DNA of 64,000 nucleotides from Diplonema japonicum (GCA_964019335.1 OZ025723.1:186001-250000); one strand, 5' to 3'. Shown: positions 21,551-33,574, counted from the first letter of the stretch. The notes: generated by a model from the letters alone, not told the origin. Made by a program: numbers and translations.

Positions 21551-24253
21551 ATGCTTCGCGTGCTGGCGTGTGCTTTGTTAGTGAGCTCTGCGGGGTCATG
21601 GTATGTTCCGGGAGTGACGCCCGTGACGTACCTTCGGGGGCAGCCTGTGAGGATCATGGCGAACTCGATGACGAGCAACACGGGGCTTTTCCCTTACGGT
21701 GCGTACAGCATCAAAACGTGCGCACCCCCTGCAGACAGAAGGAAGCGAGAGTCGAAAAACGAAAACCTCGGCGAGATGCTGTGGGGGGACCAGATCGAGC
21801 CCACTCTGTACCAAGCAGAGATGCTTGTCAACGTCACATGCCACAAGCTCTGCAACACCATGAAGGCTCCCCAGCTGAAGCAGTCGGACATCCAGCTGAT
21901 TGAAAAGCGTATCGAGAACAATTACAGAGGCAACCTCATCCTTGACAACCTCCCAATATCCCAGGCGAACAGGGTTTCCATTCACCAACCTCCTTACTCT
22001 GTCGGCTACGCCCTCGGCATCCCATCAAAATGGACCTCTAACAAAAAGGCAAGGCTTTTCAACCATCTTGACATTGTAATCCATTACCACAAACCCGCTG
22101 GGCTGCAAGAGGGTGCGGGTGTTGACGGTGTGACGGAGGACGCATGGAGGATTGTGGGGTTCTTCTGTTACCCTCGTTCGGTATTTAAAAAAAAAAAAAA
22201 AAAAAAGAAAAAAAAAATAGATTGCACACACGGACCCGTCGCAGTGCAATACCAACAAGGAATGGGATTCTGTGCTCCATGACCACCCAGAGCTTCTGTA
22301 TGGAGGGGGGAAATAAAAAAAAAAGGGGGGGAATCGCGTACACACACACAGTATTGGTGAAGCTACAGAGATCACATGGTCTTATTCTATCACGTGGAAG
22401 GAGGACAAGGAAACCGCGTGGTATAGAGGGGGAAAAAAAAAAAAAAAAAAAAAAAAAAACAGGGCGACGAGGTGGGACGCGCTGCTCAAGGCTGCAGATT
22501 CTGACTCAAAGATCCATTGGTTCAGTATCATCAACAGCTTGCTCATCGTGTTGTTCCTGTCGGGAATGGTCGCCATCATCTTGTTGCGTTCGCTCCACAA
22601 GGATTTCAACCGGTACAACGACCCCGAGAACGAGGTATATTTTTTTTTAAAAAAATAAAAAAATGTTGCACGTCTTGAGGGGATTCCTTCGAGCCCTCCT
22701 CACCGTTATCGGCACCTGTCTCTTCGAGCCTCTGCCGAGCATGAATCTCCCCTTGAGGCGGCTTCACCCATGCCTCCATGGCGAGGGGCCTTACCTTCGT
22801 CGTCTTCACCAAGTATAGCTCCGAGCTGTACTGCGCCGCCGTGTCTTCATTGCCTTCTTTGTCGGCGGCCTTCACTTCTATCTGCTCCGCCGCAGCGTCC
22901 GCCTTCGAACGTCCGAAACGGCACTGGCACTCCCCTGCCGCCCCCGCTGAGTTCAGCGTCTTCAAGCCACCAGCTTGGCAAGACGCCTTACCGCTTCCTT
23001 CACCGCTCCTTCTGGCCTGGTGGGTTTGCTGCCATTCTTAGAGGGCTTGGCACCCAGGGGCTGCCACGTGGAGGCCCCACCGTTACCAGAATTGGCACTT
23101 CCTTTGTTTGTCTTGTTCATTTGTTTATGATTACTCTAACCCCCTGGGTGGAGATGGAGAGCAAAAAATTAAAAAAAAAAAAAAAAACCCCGTAGGACGC
23201 TGCCCAGGAAGAAACCGGTTGGAAGCTCTGCCACGGGGATGTGTTCCGCGCGCCCTCTTACACCCCCCTCCTCGCCATTCTCGTGGGGACGGGGTGCCAG
23301 ATCCTCGGAATGGGCTTCGTGACGTTGCTCTTCGCAGTGCTCGGATTCTTGTCGCCGGCAAACAGGTACACCGTAATTTTTTATTTTAAAAAAAAAATTC
23401 CAACAGGGGTGGTCTCCTCACCGCAATGCTACTTCTCTTCTACCTCCTCGGTGGGTATGCCGGGTACGTTGGTGCTTGGTTGTCTAAGTCTCTTAAAGCA
23501 CAAGTATGTTTATAAAAAAAAAAAAAAAAAAAAAAATCCTCCTCTCAGAGCTGGGCCACCATCTTTGGTGTCGGGCTGTTGCTCCCCGGTGTCGTGTTCA
23601 CTACGTACTTCTGTTTGAACCTGGTGCACTGGAGCAAGAACGCTACAAGCGCGATCCCCGCGTCTTCACTCTTCGCCCTCTTCATGATGTGGCTCGGGAT
23701 ATCCCTTCCGTTGGTGTTGTTGGGCGGTGTGGTCGGGTTCAAGAGGACAAACTGGGAGCCTCCGTGTGATGTGACCGCAGTCCCGAGGCATATCCCCCCT
23801 CAGAACTGGTATTTCAAGGGGCACTTTATCATCCCTGCCGCGGGGGTGCTTCCTTTCGGTGCTGTGTTCATCGAGCTGGCGTTCATCCTGTCATCGCTGT
23901 GGCAGGGCCGTGTGTATTATGTGTTTGGATTTCTCTCGCTGGTCTTCCTCATCATGATCATAACCTGTGCTGAGATTTCCATTGTCGTGACTTACTTCCA
24001 GCTGTGTTATGAAGACTACACATGGTGGTGGAGGTCTTACCTTTGCACTGCGTTTTCCGGTGTTTACCTGATGCTTTATGCGATTTTCTACTACTTCCAC
24101 ACCCTGAATATCCACCAGTCTTCCTCCACTGTCCTGTACTTTGGGTACATGGGACTAATTGCGCTGTTATTCTCTGTTATAACTGGTACTTCCGGCTTCC
24201 TTGCTTCCTTTGGGTTTGTCAGGACCATCTATTCTTACATTAAGGTTGCGTAG
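21551..24253 (+). CDS. Transmembrane 9 superfamily (TM9SF/EMP70) protein (7 exons)
   Basis: ENLGEML.GD, IHWFSIINS, EETGWKL.HGDVFR, GVLPFGAVFIEL, EDY.WWWRS and IYSYIK motifs. GT-AG introns 22181-22220, 22298-22351, 22421-22462, 22635-23195, 23366-23406 and 23504-23548 all restore frame. Confidence 0.93.
22664..23163. mobile_element. ~500-bp GC-rich insertion in TM9SF intron 4
   Basis: Expands an otherwise ~60-nt poly(A) intron. Bounded TG...CA between A-runs. Coding-like reading frame on the minus strand. Confidence 0.45.
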
Positions 24254-25107
24254 GAATAAAGAATTGAGATTCTTTCTTTTTTTCTTTTCTTTTGAGTGTC
24301 CGAGTTTTTTTTTTATATATTTTTTTTTTTTTTTTTTTTTTTTATAAGGAGGGTGAATTTGCCCCCTGTTTTAAAAAAAAAGAGGGGAGGATTGCAAATA
24401 AAAAAAAAAGAAATGAGGGAAAAAAAAGGAAAAATTGGTGTTTTTTTTTTTTTTTTTGTAATTCACCTCTTTTTTTTTAAATATTTCATCTTTGAAAACC
24501 CCCCCCCCCCCCCGCTCCCCACCCGTGCTAAGGGAACAAAAAACAAAGATTAAGGATACAAGCAGAGGCAAGCCAACAAACGGAACGCTTGCAAAAAAAA
24601 AAAAAAAAAGGGTTTTTTATTTTCTATGTCACTCTTTCTCGCACTCACCTCTCCCCCCCTTCTCCCTTCCCCTCTTAAAAAAGATTTGCGCGGGCAAAAG
24701 AAAAAGATTTTTAAAAAAAAGTAATGAAAACAACACGAGAAAAAAAAAAGAGGAATAAAAAAAAAAAAAAAAAAAAAAAAACCAACAGTAGTTTTATCCG
24801 TTTTGGTTGTATTCATTCACTTTTTCTTTTTTTTTTAAAAAAAATATTTACCACTCCCAACTCCATTTTTGCGCCCCCCCCCTAATATTCTGTTGGCTTT
24901 TCTTATTTTTTTTATTTTTTTTTGCTTTATTTCTTATCTTCTCCCTCCGAAGGGAGGGATCAAGCAAAAAAAAAAAAAAAGAAGAAATGACAAAAAAAAA
25001 AAGAAGGGAAAAGGGGGTAAAAAAAATTATTTATTATTTATCTTGTCCCCCCCCCCTTTCCCTAAAACAACAACAAAATAAAAAAAGGGGGAGGGGGGGG
25101 GAATGCG

Positions 25108-26178
25108 ATGAAGCATGTAGCATTCTACTCACTTATAATACAAACATGTTTGGCGTGCCTGAGAACAGGGTGTTCAGGCCACGGTGAATGTTCAACACCT
25201 AAAGAATCATGCACATGCGCTCCGGGTTGGATAGGCGAAAGCTGCGGAATGGAACAGCTCAGGTGCAACACAGAACTTTGCAACGGGAGAGGAAGATGCC
25301 ATACCGCGTCTTCCGATTTCGTATGTGCCTGCGAACCAGAGTGTAAATGGTCCGGCCCTGGGTGCGGCGTCTGCCCCTCAAACGATTGCCGACAATTTTG
25401 CGTACAAGTCCCAAAACTCACCAGCGACACAACCCCAGGCCCACCGAAAGCGAACGACAGCGTTCCATGGTGGCTACCCTTCGTCATTCTTGTACCAGTT
25501 GCCACCGTTCTCCTCATATCAGGTTTATTACTACGATCTGTTATGCAGCTTCGCAACGACGAGAAAATAAAAAAATACGCTGCGGATGAGGAAGACGGCG
25601 ATCCCAACACACCGAAAGAAGCGGTTAAAAAGAAGAAAAAACCCCACCGTCGGAAAGAACCGGCTTTCGAGTCTTTCAGGGAACCCTCCGGACCGAACAG
25701 GGCGGTGCACAACAACAACGACCCTGACAGAGTTCTGCAACCATGGTTTGGTTCGGGCGACCGTTCTGTTTCGTCGCTGGGCCCAACCCCGCCATTGCCT
25801 GCTCTTAACAGTGAACCTGAAGCCGTCCTTGGTGTCATTCCAGCAACCGATAACATTGACGATAATCTTCACTCTGCTGGGATTGGGTTTATTGAATCAC
25901 GGAGTGCTGAAGATAACGCTTCCTTCCAGCTTGACGAGGCGTTTCAGTCGCCCCCTGTGAAGCCTGAATCGGTGCCGCAAGAAGAGTATAAAAAATTCGT
26001 GCCGGGTTGTCCCCCGCTTCCTCTACCACGGGAGGGGGCTGAGGTTGAAACTGCTGAAACGGACTCCGACGAGCTGAATATGTCGCAGGCTTGTCCTGTG
26101 GTCTCATCGTCTGATGACACGGTGGAAAAAAAGAAACGAAAGAAAAAGAAGAAGCGAGTTTTGAGGGTGGTTGGTTGA
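25108..26178 (+). CDS. Single-pass membrane protein with EGF-like (laminin/tenascin-type) repeats
   Basis: Signal peptide; CSGHGEC..CTCAPGWIGESC and CNGRGRC..CAC..WSGPGC; TM helix WWLPFVILVPVATVLLISGLLL; low-complexity tail. Confidence 0.8.
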   Translation: MKHVAFYSLIIQTCLACLRTGCSGHGECSTPKESCTCAPGWIGESCGMEQLRCNTELCNGRGRCHTASSDFVCACEPECKWSGPGCGVCPSNDCRQFCVQVPKLTSDTTPGPPKANDSVPWWLPFVILVPVATVLLISGLLLRSVMQLRNDEKIKKYAADEEDGDPNTPKEAVKKKKKPHRRKEPAFESFREPSGPNRAVHNNNDPDRVLQPWFGSGDRSVSSLGPTPPLPALNSEPEAVLGVIPATDNIDDNLHSAGIGFIESRSAEDNASFQLDEAFQSPPVKPESVPQEEYKKFVPGCPPLPLPREGAEVETAETDSDELNMSQACPVVSSSDDTVEKKKRKKKKKRVLRVVG

Positions 26179-26404
26179 AGGGGGGGGGGGGTGAAATATT
26201 TCGAAAGTTTAAAGTACCTCGTGCACACCCCCCCCCCCCCCCCGCTTTTTTTTCGCTCTTTTTTTTGTTGCATTTACATGCGTTTTTACATACTCTCCCT
26301 TCTTCTTAACTGCCCCATCTCCTAATTTTTCGTTTCTAATTGACTTTACACCCCTTTTTTTGATTTGGTTTTTGTTTGCCTTCCTGGCTCAAAAGCAGCA
26401 ACAG

Positions 26405-27089
26405 CGATGACCTAACGAAGACCGCCATGTTTATTTTAATCGGGTAGGGCTTCCCCAGTCATCGAAGAGGTGACCATTTCCTAATGAATGAGCACGATGA
26501 CCTAACGAAGACCGCCATGTTTCCATATCGGGTAGGGCTTCCCCAGTCATCGGAGAGGTGAGGTTTCTAATGTGACAACAAGCAGCGATGACCTAACGAA
26601 GACCGCCATGTTTATTTTAATCGGGTTGGGCTTCCCCAGTCATCGGAGAGGTGATATCTTTTTTGGCGCAGAATGAGCATGATGACCTAACGAAGACCGC
26701 CATGTTTCCATTTCAGGTTGGGCTTCCCCAGTCATCGGAGAGGTGAGATTTTCCAAGTTGATAGCTAGCAAGCGATGACCTAACGAAGACCGCCATGTTT
26801 ATTTAAATCGGGTAGGGCTTCCCCAGTCATCGAAGAGGTGACCATTTCCTAATGAATAGCACGATGACCTAACGAAGACCGCCATGTTACCATATCGGGT
26901 TGGGCTTCCCCAGTCATCGGAGAGGTGATATCTTTTTTGGTGTAGAATGAGCATGATGACCTAACGAAGACCGCCATGTCACCATATCGGGTTGGGCTTC
27001 CCCAGTCATCGGAGAGGTCATATATTTTTTGGTGTAGAATGAGCATGATGGCCTAACGAAGACCGCCATGTTTACTACATCGGGTAGGG
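26405..27089 (+). repeat. Tandem array 1 of ~90-94-nt structured units (7 complete, 1 partial)
   Basis: Unit = YGATGACCTAACGAAGACCGCCATGT - variable ~7-10 nt - TCRGGTWGGGCTTCCCCAGTCATCGRAGAGGTGA - variable ~21-27 nt. Units start at about 26406, 26496, 26587, 26681, 26773, 26863, 26955 and 27047. Confidence 0.95.
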
Positions 27090-27132
27090 TGGCCATGACT
27101 CGCAAAACACTAGACACAGATAAAAATACACA

Positions 27133-27527
27133 ATGGAGAGAATACCAAAAGCAAGCATGCTAGAGAGAATACTGCTGTTGCTGTCCTGAGTGCAGTAGGG
27201 CAGGAGCTCACCCAGCTGAGCACCTCGACACCGACGAACCCGCGAGCCGAGCCCATCTTCGAGCTTGTTACAACAAAAGCTCACACTTTCCGTTTCAAAC
27301 TTATTACCAGAGCTGTGCGGATCACGAACGTGGCAGACAAGGCAAGGCCCTTAGAGGTGCGGAGCTTCACGCACAATGGCGGAGGGTGGATGACCGATGG
27401 GACAAGGCTGTATGTGCCATTCGAGGACCTCCTCCTGGCGACGCCGTGTACGATATAAGCCTTCGCCGCCATCCATTTTGATCACCTACTTCTATGTCCC
27501 CTCTCGCTTGGAGTCTGTATGTTCTTG
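27133..27527 (+). pseudogene. Degenerate 5' part of a beta-propeller family gene
   Basis: Patchy identity to 10243 and 13330 (GGGCAGGAGCTCACCCAGCTGAGCACC, ATCACGAACGTGGCAGACAAGGC, ATGACCGATGGGAC..CTGTATGTG), with frameshifts and deletions. Confidence 0.75.
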
Positions 27528-28119
27528 CCACGGACATAACCGGATGACAGCTAAGGGCACTGGTCGCTGGATGTGATGCTAAGAAGAAATTTCCTCCCGG
27601 AAAAGACAAAATATGATTGATTTCAAAGAAAACGTTCCATTCTCCCGTGATTTTTATGTTACCTTAAGATGCGGCGAGTCGTGAACCAGTCGAGATGACG
27701 TTGAGACAATAGAGTCTGACTTAGTACACTAGTTCAGCAGACATGCAAACAACTGCATTTCTTTTTCTTCTTTTTTTTCCCGTGGTCGGGAATAGTACTC
27801 TCCAAACCTGCTGGGACCCTAGTGGGATCCAATGAAGGGTGCCTCTTGCCTGATGAGGACAGCACCTGGAGGAGTTGCGAGATATGTCAAACTGAGAGAT
27901 ACCTAGTACTGACCATATTCCATATTCCCCTTCTTCTGGGCCTGCGGCTCTCGCGCGGGGTTTGCATGTGACATCGACTTTTTTTTCTTCCTGGGCAGTG
28001 AGCACCCCCATACACTGAAACTTTATCGATTTTTTTTTGTTATTTTCGTCCAGACTAGTAATGGAAAAAATACATCTAGGAGGGGCTTCCAGGGGCAGCA
28101 AGGGGGCTGGGTTGCACAT

Positions 28120-30521
28120 ATGCCGAACCGAGTACAGGCAACCAAAAGTGGCAACACGGTTGTTGCCGACTACACGTCAGACGGAGACCACAGCGATCAT
28201 GATGAATATGAGCCAGTAGAAGCTGTTGCCTTCGGTGGGTTCGGTGTATGGAATGCGCTGTCTATTGCAGCAGGTGTGTGCAGCTTGCTACTTGTGCTGC
28301 ACCAGTACTCAGGGAACTGGATGAGAAAGGATCAGACGGCACCTGTAGGTGGAAATGTAAAGTCGGAAATCCCACGACACGACACACCATCACCGGCACC
28401 TCAAATTCCAGGTTTCAAGGACATCAAAGTCACCTCCCCTCTCGGTGGTCGTCTCCCAAAGGGCGGAGACCTTCCCAACACTGAATTCAATGTCCTCACT
28501 TGGAACATAGGGCCCCCTTCACACAATCCTTTCGAGTTTTGGATGTCCAGCAGCAACGACGCCATCGCTGCCGATATCGAACCCACCCTCTCCTCTGCAA
28601 TGGTTTCCGATGTGTTCACCACAGATATGTACTCTCAGTTCAAGGACACCATAGCCGCAGTTGACAGGATCCCCTCTTGTCTCGAAGTGTTCTGGGCTAC
28701 AATTAAGGGGATGACTATCCCGGCCTTCCTCGCCTATATTGAGGAAAAAAACCACCTCCAGCAGATCGACCCATTGACGTCTCTCCTTGTTCAAAAGGGT
28801 GACGTGCATTACCGCCCGTCCCCTGTGACCTGCAGCGATATGAACCAAACCGCGGTGGGCCCATGGTGGGGTGCATGGAAGGAATTTATGTTCAAAACAG
28901 ACATCACACATGACGGGCGCACAGGGTCCCTCTTCGGTCTCTTCAAGTCGAAAACCTGCACAGGTGTCGACGTCCTTTCCCTTGCAGTCTATGACGCTGC
29001 CATGGTCCATGCCTTCGGGAAATCGCGAACCGATTGGTCCAGTGCAAGGGTCAGCATCTGCAAGCACATCGAAGACTCCAGCGCTAAGGTTTTAGAAGTC
29101 CTGTCCAACAAGCAAAAGTTACCAGAAATCATCTTCCTCCAAGGCGTGACCAAAAAGGTGGTGGACGCCCTACGAGGAGACGCATTGGGGAGGGTTAAGT
29201 ACCAGGTGAAGATACCTGCGAGGTTCGACCCCGACAGGCCCATCAACACTGCGGTGCTTCTAAAGAATGGGGGATTCCTTGGTATTACAGATTTGACTTC
29301 GGAGATCTTCCCTGAAGCGTCTGGTTCCGCCATCGTCCTCTTGACAACAAGGGCGGACAAGGTGGGTTCCAAGGTGGTGCTATCATCCTTCTCGGGGGAC
29401 CCGCATCAGCTCGAGACGCTCCACAACTACGTTGTGAGGTCACCGACACCGTACAAAATGTTCGTTGGCTGCTCGTCGAAGCTCGACGACCTGCTAGAAA
29501 GCGACCTGCACAACCTTAGGAAGCTCAACACAGTGAAGTCAACGCCTTCCCACACGGTGCTCTATGCGAAGACGATGGCACAGCAGCGTGTGTCCGAGGC
29601 CGTCAAGAAGGCCGACAAGACCCGTGGCGCGACGAAAGAGGTTTCTGATTACATTGTGTACTCGCCTGTGGACTGCACAGAGCAGGGAGCAACGGTTGAT
29701 ATGGACGGGAAGGGGAGTAAGGAGACGACAATGCCGACCATGGAGTTCCCTGTACTACACGGTATCCTAACAGCGTCGCTCAATTTAACGGGTGCAACAG
29801 CCGACGAGATGAAAGCAAGCGTGGCACAGCTGAGGAACCAGCTAGCACCAGCGACTCCTGTCCCCACAGAAGCAGCCAAGCCAATAATACCCGAGGCTGG
29901 CAGTCAGGCGCCAGTGCCGACCGCTGCGAACCAAACCGCAAATCAAACCACGGCGGGGCCTGCCGAGACACTCGCACCTGAGGAAGTCGTAATAACAAAT
30001 ACGAGCGAAGCGCTGCAGCTTCCACCAGCCGGCACAGCACACTACATAAACCTTCCGGAGGGCGCGTTGTACCCAAAGCACGCTGTTGAGTCAAAAGAAG
30101 ACATTACAGTGACGGCAGTTTGCGACAACGGACTGGGTGACAGGTTTGGGAGTCTGTATTCTGCGGTGGTGCTGGCGCATCAGTTAAAAGCAAAGTTCCA
30201 CATCATCTGGAACGTGAACAACGAGTGCCGTGCAAGGCTGTCCGTTCTCTTGGGCTTCACAGGCACTTCCTCCAGCGTTGCCAACGTGTCTGCCAGCGAC
30301 AACCTCGAGACTAAAATGTACGGCAGGGCAGCAGACTTTGACGCCATCCTCACCCTGAAGCATCATTTCTCAACCGGCCATCTCGTTGGTGGTGGTCCAG
30401 GCAGCCCGACACCCCCTGCAAGCAACGAGCAATGGCTATGTGGTGAAGCACGTAAAATTCCGTTGGGTGTGGGCAGTCAGGTATTGTCATGGGCACAAGA
30501 CAGACAGAGGTATGTGTTCTT

Positions 30522-30554
<33 letters not shown>

Positions 30555-31261
30555 CTTTCATTATTTTTTTTTTCTCCCGCAGGAAAGGGTTACGGACACA
30601 TATTCTGCACCACATTGACAGGCTGGCTCAGGGGCTGGACCTGAAGATGGTATGCTTTAAATTTAAAAAAAAATAAAAAAAAATAAAAAAAATCCCTTTT
30701 CAGGTCGGCGCGGCACTGGCGTACTACAACTTCAAGATCAATCCACAGATCATGGCAAGGGTAAACATGTTCACGGAAAGGCATAAGATCACCCCGAAGA
30801 ACACGGTGGGGGTGCACCTAAGGGGGACGGACGCGAGGATTCCCTTAAGGATGCCAGATGTGATCACCGATGTGAGGTTGAGGTTCAACACGAGAACGTT
30901 TTTCGTGTGTTCAGATGACAAGAAAGCAGAACAGACGTTCCTTTCAGCGTTTACAGGGCGGGCTGTGAGCAACACGATGAAGACCCACTATCCTGGGAAA
31001 ATGGATGATACCCAAGACTTCAGGATCTCGGGGAAGCTTGGGGCAGGCCGGTTCAATGTAGATAGAGGTGAAGCCTCCGTGGTGGACGCGCTTACGGACA
31101 TGGCTATCCTTTCTCGAACAGAGCGTCCGATTATCGATGGTGTGCTTCGTGATTCATCTTTCGGTAAAATGTCGACTACCCTCTGCGTCATACGCTTGTC
31201 ATGCGAAGAAGAACTTGCAAAGATTGCAGAGTCTGTTCCTGCTGCTGCACGTCCTGGATAG
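28120..31261 (+). CDS. Type II membrane protein: degenerate EEP (endonuclease/exonuclease/phosphatase)-like domain, Pro/Thr/Ala linker, fucosyltransferase-like (NodZ/GT23/O-FucT-type) domain (3 exons)
   Basis: N-terminal TM helix. NVLTWNI, EIIFLQ and DYIVYS (EEP-like). NGLGDRFGSL, VGVHLRGTD, FFVCSDD and DMAILS (GDP-fucose transferase-like). Introns 30510-30582 and 30650-30703 join the 28120 and 30752 ORFs in frame. Confidence 0.7.
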
Positions 31262-31347
31262 GAGTTTTTTTTGTTTTTTTTTTTTTTTTTTCCCTTCCCT
31301 CAGCCCATTACAGATACAAGAATCTAAAGGTAATTTTTTTAAGCCCG

Positions 31348-31381
<34 letters not shown>

Positions 31382-31820
31382 GCGGGAGGAAAAGGAGAAA
31401 AAAAAAAAAAAGCAATTCTTGCCGCGCTCTCACAGTGTTTTCAAAGAATTATTTGTTTACAAAAAGAAAAGAGTTAGGATGAAGCAGGGACATCAAATGA
31501 TGATTTTTGCTTTTTAAAAAAAAGCAAAAAAGTAGAAGAAAAGAGGGAAGAAAAACCTATGAGGGTGGGGGGAAAGGTTTTCGACTAAATTAAAAAAAAA
31601 AAAGAAAAAGAAAAAAAAAAGATCACTTGCGAGATTTCTTTTTTTTTCCATTTTCTAACCCCCCCCCGCTCTCCATTCGTTCCCTGCTAAAAGCCTAAAC
31701 GGGAAAGGACAGAGAAAAATAAAAATAAGAAAAGAAAAAAAAGAAAGATGTCAGGCACGCCACAAGCTTCGGGAAGCAGTTTCTTTCAAAATTATACTTA
31801 TCTCTGACTAGAAGCAGTAA

Positions 31821-31950
31821 GGATGGGTACCTCTACTTGGGTGCTCCCACGATCTACGAGTTGGGGATTTATCGCCGAGTGAAGAGAATGGGGGGGCTAG
31901 ATGTCGAACTCGAACGTGACCCTTGCAGCAGCGCTCTGAACAGGGACCTC
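31821..31950 (+). pseudogene. Deletion-condensed relic of the 3' half of a beta-propeller family gene
   Basis: GGATGGGTACCTCTACTTGGGTGCTC.CACGATCTACGA matches about 14253-14291. It is followed in order by short matches TCGAACTCGAAC and TGCAGCAG.GCTCTGAAC to 14488-14562. Confidence 0.65.
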
Positions 31951-32074
31951 GATAAAAGCCTTCCATTTACACTTTTTTAAGTACAACTTTTTTTTTTTTT
32001 TTTCTTCTTCCACACAGCACGTCCCGAAATATTTCTTTTCTGGAACATTCACCCCAGGGTTATATTTGCCAAAG

Positions 32075-33574
32075 ATGAGGATGATATCTCTGATCGCCTT
32101 GGCGGCCGGGGCCCTTGCCGCCACACCGCCTGAGAGGTTCGAAGTGAAGTCCCTGCCTGGGATGACCTCCCCTTTGCCTTCGAAGATGTACACAGGCTTC
32201 GTGGATGCCGGTGTGCCCCCGTCGGGTAACGGTACCATGTACTTCCACTACGTGGGGTTCATGAGCGAGAAGGACCCTGCCAACGCACCCACCGTGTTCT
32301 GGTACAACGGTGGTCCGGGTGCCTCCTCCCTCTTCGGTCTGTTCCAGGAGCTTGGGCCCCTTTTCCTGAACGTCGACTCTGAGGCCACCGCCGAGTACAA
32401 CAAGACTGGGATCCCCACTCCCGTGTACAACCCTTGGACCTGGTCCAAGAACTTCAACCTGTTCGCCATCGACTCCCCCGCCCCTGTCGGGTTCTCTTAC
32501 TGCACTTCCCAGGGCCCCGCCGGCCCCGGTACCTCGTGCGGTCCCTGGAAGGACACCGACGTCTTCAAGGCCAACCACAAGGCCGTCACCACCATGATGA
32601 ACAAGATCTTCCCCGAGCTTCTCAAGAACGAGCTGTACATCACTGGTGAGTCCTACGCGGGAGTCTACGTCCCGGGTCTTATCAACGAGCTTCTGACCGA
32701 CATGCAGGGGCTGAACCTCAAGGGGTACGCCGTGGGTGACGGGTGCATGGGTATCGACCTTGTCTGCATGAACCTGCAGGCTCCTATTTTCACGTACCCG
32801 GGCACCTGGGCGGGGCCTTGGTACGATGTGGAGTTCTTCGCGGGGCACGGGCAGATCAGCAACCAGCTGTACGCTTCCATCAAGAGGACCTGCACTGAGG
32901 TTGAGCTGAGGAGCGGTCAGATGAGCCCGGAGTGCAAGAACGTCGTGGGGCAGATGAAGGGTGAGATTGGTGGGTTCTTCGTGTACGACCTGTACGATGA
33001 CTGCCCGTCGAACATGATCAAGGACGGTCTGCACAAGGGGAAGTCCCAGAGGAGGTCCATGATGAGGTCGATGGGTTTGAGCGGTGCGGAGAACGACTAC
33101 GCGTGCTCGGGGACTGCCATGACCGACTGGCTTGGCAGGGCTGATGTGAGGACCGCCATGGGCATCCCCACCAACGACTTCTTCTTCAACGCTGACAACG
33201 GCTTCGGCTTCAACTACACCGAGAACGTCAGGGACGTCAGGCCCTTCCACGAGAGGGCAGTCAAGGCTGGCCTCCGTGTGCTCATCTACGAGGGCGACTC
33301 TGACGCGTCTGGTCTCAGCTCCTATGGGCTGCAGGACGTGTACGTTGACCTCTGGCCTAAGGCCGGTCTTGAGAGGACCCAGACGTGGAGGCCTTGGACC
33401 TCCGATGGTAAGAAGAGGATGGCTGGTTACGCAATGGAGTGGAACAACCGCCAGGTTGCCCACCTGACCATCCGTGGCTCTGGGCACATGGTGCCCCTCA
33501 ACAAGCCCATCCCCTCCTTCACCATGATTAACGCCTTCGTGTTCAACGAAGAGTACCCGCACTACAACCAGTGA
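32075..33574 (+). CDS. Serine carboxypeptidase (peptidase S10)
   Basis: Signal peptide; WYNGGPGASS, IDSPAPVGFSY, GESYAG (catalytic Ser), VLIYEGDSD and GSGHMVP (catalytic His). Confidence 0.95.
   Translation: MRMISLIALAAGALAATPPERFEVKSLPGMTSPLPSKMYTGFVDAGVPPSGNGTMYFHYVGFMSEKDPANAPTVFWYNGGPGASSLFGLFQELGPLFLNVDSEATAEYNKTGIPTPVYNPWTWSKNFNLFAIDSPAPVGFSYCTSQGPAGPGTSCGPWKDTDVFKANHKAVTTMMNKIFPELLKNELYITGESYAGVYVPGLINELLTDMQGLNLKGYAVGDGCMGIDLVCMNLQAPIFTYPGTWAGPWYDVEFFAGHGQISNQLYASIKRTCTEVELRSGQMSPECKNVVGQMKGEIGGFFVYDLYDDCPSNMIKDGLHKGKSQRRSMMRSMGLSGAENDYACSGTAMTDWLGRADVRTAMGIPTNDFFFNADNGFGFNYTENVRDVRPFHERAVKAGLRVLIYEGDSDASGLSSYGLQDVYVDLWPKAGLERTQTWRPWTSDGKKRMAGYAMEWNNRQVAHLTIRGSGHMVPLNKPIPSFTMINAFVFNEEYPHYNQ

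Noticed and set aside
26405-27089. Hammerhead ribozyme, box C/D snoRNA, SL RNA or 5S identity for the repeat unit
   Set aside because: The core reads CGATGA rather than CTGANGA, and GAAAC occurs only in some loop variants. There is no CTGA box D (GTGA instead). I see no recognisable SL or 5S sequence.
32060-33562. 500-aa minus-strand ORF
   Set aside because: Exact antisense shadow of the GC3-biased S10 carboxypeptidase; no motifs.
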